This document shows, in pieces, positions 38,801 through 50,191 of a stretch of 64,000 nucleotides of DNA. The position numbers were made by a program, and so were the translations under genes. Source of the stretch: Takakia lepidozioides. Taxonomy: Eukaryota > Plantae > Bryophyta. How positions within the stretch are numbered: the stretch's first letter is position 1; each line of letters begins with the position of its first letter. The stretch lies in assembly GCA_030704615.1 (NCBI GenBank), contig CM060734.1, positions 13,826,001-13,890,000 of the forward strand. Reading direction: 5' to 3'. The notes under the pieces were generated by a model. That model worked only from the letters and a program-made list of their open reading frames with translations, made no database searches and had not been told where the DNA came from.

Positions 38801-40856
38801 TTGGCGGGATCAGCACTGGATTGGCTATAGTACTGCAGGCAGGTGTACGAGTTCGACGTTACTTGTATGTGGAGAGGGATGAGACTGCACGATGCGTCTC
38901 ACTGCGTCATGTTGCTCAGTTGGTGCAGCAGTACCTTAATTTGTTGCCAGTGTCTGCAGTTTGTGGATACCAACAAGCCTTGTCAGCAGACATTTCTTTG
39001 CTAGGGGCGCATGATTTGGAGCGGGTTGGCCCTATTCACTTGGTAGTGGCAGGTTGGCCCTGCCAAGGGCATTCATCAGCCGGGCATATATCTTGGAGAA
39101 TGTGCCATTGATGGATGATTCTCGGGCCAAGGTGATGGCCAGTGTGCATCAAGTGCGGTTTTGGCTTGGGTTAGCAGTGTTGTTGGATGCAGCTGCAGTG
39201 GGGTCACGGGCTCATCGCCCACAACTATGGTGGACCAACTTGATGTCACCTGCACTGCTCAAGTGTGCATTTGATGGGGTGCAGCGGCCACCAAACCTGA
39301 CGGTGGATAGCATTTTGGACACAGGGAGGCAGTCTCAGCATGTGAGACACGATGACCGATCACCTTTGGTAGTGGTCAATAAGGTAGGTCACCCACGAGC
39401 AGCATTGCCTGCACTGCTCAGCTTTCCAGGATCTCATGCTTTCCGGGATGGTGGACCTGGCCTCTTGTGGGATAGCCAGTTGCAGCAATTAGTGGAGCCC
39501 AATGCTGACGAGCGCGAGCGGGCGATGGGTTTTACCACGGCGGTGTCATCTCTTTCTGAGGCATCACGTCGTCAGGTGTTGGGGCAAGCAATGGATCTCA
39601 ATTGCTTGACCTGGATTATCAGCTTGGCTATGGCTGAGCAGCGCAGAGTACGGAGTACACTTCCCTTGATGGTCTCTCTGCCTACCGAGACGGTACAGGC
39701 AGTGAGTGGGGGCGAACAGGTGAGGACCACGAGGTGCAGGCCGCATCCATGGCACATGTGGGAGGTGCTCGAGTTCAGGGAGTTGGCAGCCAAGGCGGCG
39801 GTGATGGATGAGGTTGGGGATTTTTCTCGGGTTGAGGAGGTCCTCAAGGATGAGATGATGGGGCAGGATGAGGCATTGTCACTGACAGAGTAGGCAGTGG
39901 TTACTACTCAAGAGGTTGCAGCATAGCAACCACGGGACGCGTCTTCTACCTCTAAGCCTGCTGGACTCAAGGTTGCAGTCACGAAGGACAACTGGGAGCC
40001 TGATGTTGGACCCATAGTCACCGGAGGAGAGAGACGACGTATACGGCGGTTGTTGAGGGCTTACAGGAACTGTTTTGTTTTTAGTTTGAAGGACTTGGGA
40101 GCACTGAAGGGTGAAGAGATTTGCATTGAATTGGCCACTGACACGCCAATCTTTCAGACCCTATAGATACAGTGACATGGAGAGGTCCTTGATTCAGATG
40201 AGGACTCAGGACCTCTGGGAGGCTGGTTTGGTGAAGCTATCTGGTGGAGAGTATGCTTCAGCCACAGTGATGCCAGCCAAGAAGGATGTCTATGGCAATT
40301 GGACGGAGAGACGTATGTGCGGTGATTACCGGCCTGTAAATCGTCAGACCAAGTCCGATAGGTATGCCATGCCAACACCAGAGGAGATTTTTGATGCCAT
40401 TGGGCATGCCAAGGTCTTTAGCACTTTGGATTTACGATCCGGATATCACCAGTTGCCGATCAAGGAGGCGGATAAGCAGAAGACGACATTCTGGGGGATC
40501 AATGAGCACGGGAAGGATTGCCTATACCCAGTGGCGGTTCTTACCATTTGGGCTTAGGAACGCTCCTGCAGAGTTTCAGAGAGTCATGGACAAGATTCTA
40601 GCAGGGGTGGAGTTTGCTCGGTGCTACATAGATGACATCTTCATCTTTAGTGCTACAGTGGAGGAGCATGTCGTGCGCATACATATCGCTACACAACTAC
40701 ATCGTTGTCCAAAACCACACAACACATGTGCACACCACACACTAGTATACCACTAGTCCCCACTAGTCCAGCCACTAGTCCAACCACTATGCTACAACTA
40801 GTCAGTCACTAGGCTGCCACTATGCTGCCCACTATGGCAGTCACTAGTCCACACAA

Positions 40857-41373
40857 TGATAAAGAAGAAGAATACAAGCACAAGCTCATGCGAACTCACA
40901 AAGCTGAAGCATAAACTCATGCATATATAACCTCATCACTCAAATACAAGTCAAGCCAAGTGCACCCCACGCCATGGGGAATCCACACTACGGCGCCATA
41001 GCTAGGCGCGGTGAGGCTCAACTCGAGAAAGATGAGCCTCCCGCGCTTGCCATGAAGATAATCACTCCAGGGCCTAAATCTGCCTTGACCCCTGGATTGA
41101 CACTTGGGCCAATCCCAAATGTCAATATGTAAAAGCTAGCTATTTCCTAGCTAGTTTCACACTAGTGGTAAAATAACTTGACAGCTGTCGTGCGCATACA
41201 TATCGCTACACAACTACATCGTTGTCCAAAACCACACAACACATGTGCACACCACACACTAGTATACCACTAGTCCACCACTAGTCCAGCCACTAGTCCA
41301 ACCACTAGGCTACAACTAGTCAGTCACTAGGCTGCCACTATGCTGCCCACTATGGCAGTCACTAGTCCACACA
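40857..41373 (-). repeat. Only intact LTR unit (B1+GC+A2, 517 bp, TG…CA) of copy 2
   Basis: On the - strand it starts TGTGTGG right after the purine tract AGCAGGGGGGCGAT, ends TTTATCA, and contains the palindrome GACAGCTGTC at 41180-41189. Confidence 0.8.
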
Positions 41374-41387
41374 ATCGCCCCCCTGCT
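41374..41387 (-). promoter_or_regulatory. Polypurine tract (PPT)
   Basis: AGCAGGGGGGCGAT immediately upstream of the B1 TG on the - strand, downstream of integrase. Confidence 0.7.
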
Positions 41388-41475
41388 GTGCTTAGGTCCC
41401 TCTAAGTCCAGGTAGCCACAAGATGTGATAGTGACCATAGCCTCACTAAGTCCTCCACCATTATCCCTACTACAC

Positions 41476-42943
41476 TCAAACTCGATACCCTTTGGCAGAC
41501 CCACAGAGCATGCACCTCAAACCTGCAGGTACCACTGCCAAGTTTGGGTCAACTCTGCCATCGACATTGGGAAGGTGACATGGCGCACAATTACGCACAT
41601 GGTCCTTCCAAGTCATGCCATCCCGACCCTCCAAGATCAGGACCCCTGAGGGCAACACCTCTCGAACCCTCAGAATACGCCCTGCAGTAACATCCAGAGT
41701 CGTAGGAGCAGTCTGCTGCAAATAAACATAGTCACCAGGGCTAAACCTCCGAACCCCAGGACGATATCCTCCACCACGTATAGTGGCATACCTCAACGTA
41801 TCACGGTGCTGTGCAATGGCAAGGTTCTCAAAAGCCATGGGCATGACTTTCTTGAACAACTCTGCACGCTGATCACATGCACGTACCCACACGTCCGGAT
41901 CGTCAAGGTTAAGGACTTGAGCAGTGTCCCTACGAATGGCTGCAGGCAAATCCGGCTCTCGGCCAAAGAGAAGGAAATATGGTGAGAAGGAGGCAAGTGA
42001 TGCTTGTTTGCTGAACCTGTAGCCCATGGCTAACCAAGGAACCTGAAGATCCCAATCTCCTAGGTGTCCCTTCTGCAAGCCATACTTGCGCAAACCCCTC
42101 TTCACCGTCTGAACAACTCTCTCTGCCAAGCCATCGGCCTCAGGATGATCCCGAGAAGTGGTGCGGTGGTCTATCAAGGCTTTATCACACAAAGCCTGAA
42201 ACTCCCCCAAGAACTCTCTCCCTTGGTCCGTGAGTACCTCAGCTGGAGCACCAAATCGGCTAAGCACACGATCCAAGAATGCATACGCAGCCCCCTCACT
42301 AGCCTTGTCAGGCAATGGAACCAACTCAATCCACTTGGAGAAGTGCTCCACCATCACCAACACATATCTGTGGTGGCGCATAGTCAGTGGCAACGGTCCT
42401 GCGAAGTCAAGACTCCACCTGTAGCCCAATCCCATGATTGGTAAAGGATGCAACTGTGGTGTAGGGGTTTGAATGAAGCACGCACCCTGTCACACACCAT
42501 GCACCTAGCCACGAACTGTTTGCACCTCTGTATGCATACCACCACCAATACTGCCCCTGCAGTAAACTGTGAGTGCGTCGCACTCCAAAATGCCCCAACT
42601 CCTCATGGGCATGCCGCACTAACCGTGCACGCTGTGTGGGGTGAGGCACAATCCTCACCCGACCATCCTCCCACACTCGAAATAGGTGTATCCCCTCCCA
42701 CTTAAACCTCTTGGCTCGTTGTAGGATCCGATCCCTCTCCCTGGCAGTCACAGTGGCTGCCGTGTCTCCTGTGCGGAGGTAGTCCAACACAGCCGAATCC
42801 TCATGTATATCTCTGGCACCACCTGGCTCATCACTAGCCTCAGGGTCCTCAGACACTCCGTCTACAGTCATCCCTGTTGTAGGTCCAACCTGACCTCCCG
42901 ATGCCAAGATACACAAAAATGCAGATGCGTGCCATCCCGACAC
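41476..42943 (-). CDS. Ty3/Gypsy DDE integrase (frameshifted N-terminal part) with C-terminal CxxC remnant
   Basis: HHCC region HAHEELGHFG…; core WSLDFAGP, VLTDQGREF, GLAERVVQT; C-terminal HVRNCAP then LRCMLCG. Confidence 0.9.
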
Positions 42944-43530
42944 ATCTCCTCGTCCGTCTCACCATGCCACCGAGCTCAGTGTCATCCTGCTGGCTCGCAT
43001 GGATTGCGACTCAATCCATCCGCATCCTTATTGACCAAACCCGGTCGATGCACAACCTGAACATGTCTCTCATGCTCCTCCACCGTAGCAGAAGAGGCAA
43101 AGCAATTCCTGCAAGCCTCAGGAACCGCCGTATACGTTGTCTCTCTCCTCTAGTGACAATAGGTCCAATGTCAGCTCCAATTGTCCTCCGTAACTGCAAC
43201 CTTAAGTCCAGCAGACTTAGAGGTAGAGGACGCGTCCCGTGGTTGCTATGCCAACCTCTTGAGCAGTACTCCTACCTGCTCAGTCAATGACAAGCCTCAT
43301 CCTGCCCCATCATCTCATCCTTGAGGACCTCCTCAACCCGAGAAGAATCCCCAACCTCATCTATCACAGCCGCCTTGGCTGCCAACTCCCTCTGAACCTC
43401 GAGCACCTCCCACGTGTGCCATGGATGACTTCGCCCTGTGGTCCTCACCGGCTCGCCCCCACTCACTGCCTGTACCGTCTCGGTAGGCAGAGAGACCATC
43501 GAGGGAAGTGTACTCCGCACTCTGCGTTGC

Positions 43531-44510
43531 TCAGCCAGACAAGCTGATAATCCAGGTCAAGCAATTGAGATCCATTGCTTGCCCCAACACTTGACGACGT
43601 GATGCCTCAGAAAGAGACGACACCGCCGTGGTACCAGTGGTAAAACCCATTGCCCGCTCACGCTCGTCAGCATTAGGCTCCACTAACTGCTGCAACTGAG
43701 CATCCCACAGGAGGCCAGGTCCACTATCCCGGAAAGCATGCGATCCTGGGAAGCTGAGCAGTGTAGGTAATGCTGCTCGTGGTTGACCCACCTTGTTGAC
43801 CACTGCCAAAGGCGAACGGTCATCGTGTCTCACACGCTGAGACTGCCTCCCTGTGTCCAGAATGATCCACTGTGAGATGTGCTGGCCGCTGCACCCCATC
43901 AAATGCACGCTTGAGCAGTGCGGGTGGCATCAAGTTAGTCCCACCATAGCCGTGGACGATGAGCCCGTGACCCCACTGTAGCTGCATCTAGCAACACTGC
44001 TGACCCAAGCCACGACCGGACTTGATGCACACTGGCCATCACCCTGGCCCGAGAATCGCCCATCAGTGGCACATTCTCCAAGATGTATGCTGGAGATACA
44101 GCTTGATGAAGCTGCAAGTGGCGCAAAACCCGCACCATCTCCCAAAACAGACCCGACCTCGAGTCTCGCAATCCATTGCCATGCCCGGCTGATGAATGCC
44201 CTTGGCAGGGCCAACCTGCCACTACCAGATCAATGGAGCCAACCCGCTCCAAATCCTGCGCCCCCAGCAACGAAATGTCTGCTGGCAAGGCCTGCTGATA
44301 TCCACGAATTGCACACCAACAACAACTCAGGGTACCGCTGCACCAACTGAGCAACATGGCGAAAGTGAAACGCGTCGTGCAGTCTCATCCCTCTCCACAT
44401 ACAGGTAACGCCGAACTCGTACACCTGCCTGTAACACAGCAGCCAATCCGGTGCTGATCCCGCCAAACAAGTCCAGAAGACAAATGCCTTCATCCGGATA
44501 CTGCCACACA
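43531..44510 (-). pseudogene. C5 DNA cytosine methyltransferase domain, copy 2
   Basis: LLDLFGGISTG, VVAGWPCQGHS, YILENV, AHRPRLWW, ERERAMGF, RRQVLGQAMD across several frames. Confidence 0.9.
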
Positions 44511-44699
44511 ATAGGTGTGGTGTCCAATGGAGACAATTGAGGTGGTCCTGGTGCAATCCCCACACTCTCCTCCTCTCCTGACGGTACAAAAGCCTCCACC
44601 CAGGCTTGTTGCACCCGTCGATCAGCATCCCGCTGCAAATCCTTGCTCGTGCCCCACAATGGAGTCTGAGCAACCATGGTAGGCAACTCCGCCATACCA

Positions 44700-47410
44700 C
44701 ATGTCATCCTGCTCTCCCGGAGGTGGTACATCCTCTGAATGAGCATTGCCCTCAAGCAACTCTCTAGGCCAACTCACTGCCGCTGTGAATGCTGCTAGTG
44801 TCGGCATCTTGCCTCGCTGGGCAACCGCAACTCCTCCTATGAACGTCACAGGGAGCTGCACACGCCGGCCCTCCCCTGACTGCCATGCAGGCCTATAGGA
44901 AGCTGACTCCTCCCAAAAATCCAGGGTGAAGCCCATGGGGTACAACACTGCCCCACCAACCAGGACATCGTATGAGACTGCGTCTGTCACAATGGCCTTG
45001 GCTCGCATCACTGAGCCATCTGTAGGTGATCCGGCCGTAGTCTGATAGCCAACTCACGCCGTGTCATGCCCCGAGCCTGCTCCGATCCTCCCAGAGACGT
45101 CTGTATCTGGAAAGGACAAGGCTCCATATCCGCCTCCGTGAGGCCCAAGCCTGCAATAGCAGCTCTGCCCAGCATCAATGGCTGAGCTCCCGAGTCCAAC
45201 AAGACCCGCAGTGGCCGGTACCTCTTGCCTGCCGGTCCACTCAAACAGAAAATGCCATCCTGGTTGTCTAACATGACAACTCCAGGTGTCACCATGGCGC
45301 GCTCAATGGCTGGCCTAGCTGGCAGCTCCATCAACCTGGCAGCTGCAGCTTGCCATGGCGCCGCCGTGGCAGTCTTGACCCTCAAATCCGAGGATCCCTC
45401 CGGCACTACAACACCTCCCACTATCTCCGCAGAAGATGAAGTAACCTCCCCACTCTCACAGAGTGTAGCTGCCAGCCTGAACACCTCAGCTGGTCTTACC
45501 CCCGCGTCGCAATCATGGTAGCCGAGAACAATGGAGCCTGGCACACAGATGTGGCCGCTCCTAGCAGCACACTAGCTGCCGTAGCCTTGGCAACACTAGG
45601 TAGTGGTGCTACCCGTGTAGCTCTCCCCAATGGCATAGTAACCTCCGCCTCGGTAACAGTCGGGCGAGAACTAGGTGCCATGGATGGCGTCGACACTGTC
45701 TCCGCCAATGTGAATGACTGGAAGCCTAGCCTGACGGCTTGCCTCCCCACGCTGTGGATCCAACTCCACCTCTGCACCTCGTGGCTCAGGAACTCGTGCT
45801 GCTCCTCGAGTCACGGCTGCAGCAGACTCCACCTGCACTAGTGGTAGTGCTGCTCCACACATGAATCCCATGCCTCCCATATCTCCTCCCTCAGGAGCAG
45901 GAGGTGGACCATCCGGCCTTAGAGCCGGTACCACCTGAGCTGTAGCCATGGCAGCGAGCCTCTGCTCTAGCTGCTGAAGCCGGTTGGCCATGCCTTGGTC
46001 AACACCCTGACCTCCGCGTCCTTGGCCACGTTGAGCTTGCCCTTGGCCTGCACCTCGTGGCTGGCCACCTCGTCCTCTCTGGGCTGCTCCACCTCGCCCC
46101 CGGCCACCATTGTTCCCTTGGAACTGGCCTGGGCGCAACTCAGGATGCAAACCATAACACTGGGCCTCTCCATGCCCGTGCTTGCCACAATGCCCACACT
46201 GCAACTGTGCAGGCTGTGCATGTGCCGGCCCTTTGCCCCCTCTGGGCAATCCTTCTTGACATGGGGTCCTCCACATGTCCAGCACACCACATCCGCCCGT
46301 TGTGGCCAGCAAATGAAGGGAGAGACCCCTGCATCTGAGGTCCTCTCTGCCCTTCCCTGAGCTTCACCTGAGCCCCCTTGTTGCCTTGAGCACGTTGAGG
46401 TAGTGGTTGGCTAGGAGCACCACTACCCCGTGGTGTCTCCTTAGCAAATCCCACCATGACCACTCGTTCCTCCACCATGTTGAGCTCTATCCGCTCTGCC
46501 AGCAAAAACACATTTGCTAAGGTGGGTTGGGCCGCTTGTAGGAGAGTTGCATCCCGCACCCTTCTCCTCAGCTCCTTGTCCAATATCCCATACCAGAATT
46601 GGACTGCCTGAGCTTCCGTAACCCCTTGGGTTACATTTATCAAGCGCCTCATGCGAGTGAAAGCCTCCCTCAAGCTCTCGGTCGGCTTCCGTTGGAACTC
46701 TTGCAAGCTCCGCAACTTCTCTGTCCTCACCCCTTGGTAGTTCCCTCTCAACTCTTCGAAGAACTCCACAACAGGGTTGAAGGCAGGCACGGGTGCTAGT
46801 GCTGGTGCGGTAGTGGCTTGGGTGGACGTCGTAGCTACTGTACCACCAGTCCCACTAGTCCCTGCTACTTGCTGAAGCTGCCGGTGCAGCGGCAGGTGTA
46901 GCCACTGCCCTCGTGGCTCTAGTGCCCCTAGTGATGGAGACATAGTCGGGTGACCAGTACATCCCTCCACTCCTCGATCTCAACCTCATGCCCCCGCCTG
47001 AACTCATGGTAATCATCCATAGGCGGCCCCTCAAGGTGCTGAAACAGCCCTTTCCATGCCATGAAAGGCGTAAATAGTTGTGGATTGCGCATTTGCTGCA
47101 AATCACACCCAACTATCAAACTCTTGGATAAAATCATCCAACTCGATGGTGCCCACCGCCCCAGAGTACCTTCGTGGCCCCTTGGTAGCTCCATACATCT
47201 CCTCCATTGTGTCCCACAACAATGGCAAAGAAACAACTTGCACCGCCGGTATGAGTCCTCCTGATTCACAATCCGAATCAGAACCTTCCGTGAAGACACA
47301 GGAGGTGAAGGTGGCCTAAACCGCACACCTCGTCTCGTGTACCCACTAGTATCGCTAGTGCTCGAACCGGCACTGTCCCCAGCAACTAGTGGCACCCTCC
47401 GTGTTGACAC
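44700..47410 (-). pseudogene. gag (two zinc knuckles) and aspartic protease of copy 2
   Basis: Gag LQEFQRKPTESLREAFTRM; knuckles CWTCGGPHVKKDC and CGHCGKHGHGEAQC; protease VLLDSGAQ…YDVLVG; frameshifted. Confidence 0.85.
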
Positions 47411-50175
47411 TCAACCGGTCATGAACATGTCCCTAACCCCCTCTCCACAAGGTAACCGGGTAGAGAACCTGTTGCGGCTTATGGTTTGGAATACTAAGTT
47501 CCTAACATAGCCTACACCTGTACCTGCATCCACCGCAAGCACTCCTATGGTTGGCTGGTCATCACCTCCAACCTCACCACAGGAGAAACAATGATGGTCT
47601 GGCTGGTCATCACCCCAGCCTCACCATCGACAGCATGCTCTAGGACTGGCCGGTGATCAAATCCGGACCAATCACCTATAAAAACAAGCGCCCACACAAA
47701 ACTAGCATGGCGCACAGTCAAGCATGCAGGTATGGAGGGGATCCAAACACAAGAAATCAGAACGACAACTCCCCCACACCAAAAACAACTCCACGGTGTT
47801 GCTCCTGCAAGGACACCCCAGCCCAAACCCGGACTGACTCTTGCCTCCACCTACGGAAAGGTCTTGGCCTAATGAGAGGGTGGAAACTACGAGGAAGAGA
47901 AGCTAAAGCAATGCCTAACCCCAGCATGCCCTCATCCCAACACTCTTCCTCTCCTCTCTTCCCTCACTTGCATGACCATGGGAATATCATGAAGATACTC
48001 CTCAAACCCGCCCTCCACGAGCTTCAAAATTCGGCCTTCCAGACCACATGCCAGTCCTTAGGCAGTCCACCAGTGCCTCCACGAGTCAGCACAGGCCGTC
48101 CACAGGTCAACACGGGCCACCACAGACCAGCAGGCCCACACAGCTCACTGGTCACAGCCGTCACAGTCCCACAGGCCCTGGGCACATGGCCGGGGCCTGT
48201 CACAGTTGTCAGCCCGCCCCAAAGGCCTCATCACAGCCCAAGCTGGTCACAGCCCCTCACAGCCCCACAGCCTCAGGCACGGCCTGTCATCACCCTGTCA
48301 CAGCCCCTCACAGCCCGTCACAGCCCCAAGCCCAGGCCTGTCACAGCCCCTCACAGCCCGTCACAGCCCACCAACAGCCTGGGCCACACAGCCTGTCACA
48401 GCCCACACAGCCTCAAAGGCCTCAGGCACAGCGGCCCTCTCACAGCCCCAAAGGCCTCACAGCCTGTCACAGCCCCACAGCCCCGTCACAGCCCCACAGG
48501 CCACTGGGCACAGCCTGTCAGCCCGTCACAGCCCATGTCACAGCCCCTCACAGCCCATCACAGGCCCGCCTCCAGGCCACAGCCCCTCTCACACATCACA
48601 CAGCCCCTCACAGCCCTCACAGGGGTGGCACAGCCCTCATCTCACACATCAACAGCCCCTCAGTGGCACAGCCCCTCACATCTGGCACAGCCTGCCCGTC
48701 ACAGCTTTTCACAGCCCCACAGGCCTCACACACAGCCCGGCCTTTGTCACAGACAGCCTGTCACAGCGCCGGTGCCCTTTTGGCCAGTTTAGCCATTTCT
48801 CCAAGGGGTTTAGCCACGCCAAGCTAGGGTTTGTGTCTCTTGGACTCTAGGCTTCTTTCCACCGAGCTATGGCGGCTGTGAGGAAATCAGCAAGGTATTC
48901 TTGCTCTTTCGGCTCCCACACACCACCATAGTAGCCCTAAGCCATGAGGTGGTTGCCACAAACCAAGCCTTCTTTCTCACTTAGCCTCCCCAAACACGCC
49001 ACTAAACTCAATGGCAAACAACCAGCCCTGCTGGTTCCCACCCTTGTGAGCACTCATTCAAGCACTCTCCTTGGCCATAGCATCTGTCTAGAGCCTATTC
49101 CAGCCCCCTACACCTGCTGCTTCAAGAGTTGCGCTCCCTTCAAGCTTGAAGTTGAAACCCCAACTCACATAGGCCCTACAAGTGTTTTCTTTCACTCCAA
49201 GTGGAAACCAGCCCTAGACCTTCCGTTCTAGCTCTCTAAAGCTTGAAAACAAGAGCCTCAATGGGCTGAAGGCATGCTCCACACATGCCCCACTCTCACC
49301 ATAAGAGAATCAGCTCCTTTGCTTCATTTCTTGCACCCCCACAACCTGAAAATACAAGCTTCAGCAGGCTGAAAGCATGCTCCACATGCCCTACAGGGAA
49401 ACCAGCCCCTTCCTTCCTTTCTTGCACTCCCACACCTGAAAGTGCAAGCCTTCACCAGGCTGATAGCATGCTCCACACATGCAACCTCTTCACACAAGAG
49501 ATATCAGCCCCCTATCTTGGCTCCTTGGCTCCTTGATGCTCTCTAAGACAAGACTAAGCACTCCACAGCCTTTGCCAAGCTCCTGAAACCCTAAGGCTTA
49601 CATTTCCAGCCACAAGACACTTCTCTTGGTGCAAGAGCTCTTCTTCCAAGCTCTGAAACCCTAGGTGCACATTCCATGGCCTTGCCGCACCTCTTAGCTC
49701 CTGTTCCAGCCCTGCTCTCGCCATGACAAGAGCCCTCTCAATGCTGAAGCTCGAGATTGAAACCTCTCACCATACTCCACAAAGTGCACTGATTTGCCCC
49801 AAGCCAAATCAGCCCTTTCGCTTGGTCTTGCAATCCTTCACACAATGAAGCTCGCATTCCCAAGTCCAGTTCTCAGCTTTGCCACCAAAGCCACTATAAC
49901 CTGCTCTTGACTGGTCCTCTTCCCAATCGTGCTTGCTCATGCATGTACACAATCTGAAACCATCAAGGTGCTCTGGAATTACCTACAGTATGGTGCTTTC
50001 ATCTCTGAAGCTGAAGATCGAATGCCAAGGTTTACCACCTCGTAACCCACATCGCCTCCGCTTCTAACAACCAAGAGCTCCACGGTGCTCCTTGCATAAC
50101 AACTTGGTTTCTCTCATTCTCAAGCAAAAACCACAAGTGCTACAACTAACTCGTATCTAGCACTCATAGATACGA

Positions 50176-50191
50176 GCTCATCTTTCTCGAG
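50176..50191 (-). promoter_or_regulatory. Self-priming primer-binding site
   Basis: On the - strand CTCGAGAAAGATGAGC follows the LTR end TTTATCA and is complementary (17 bp) to 50355-50371 inside A1. Same arrangement in copy 1 (5653-5669 vs 5483-5499). Confidence 0.75.

Noticed and set aside
47653-48850. Long Pro/Ser/His-rich ORFs (also 8192-8698, 7106-7366)
   Set aside because: Stop-free translations of the minisatellite's C-rich strand.
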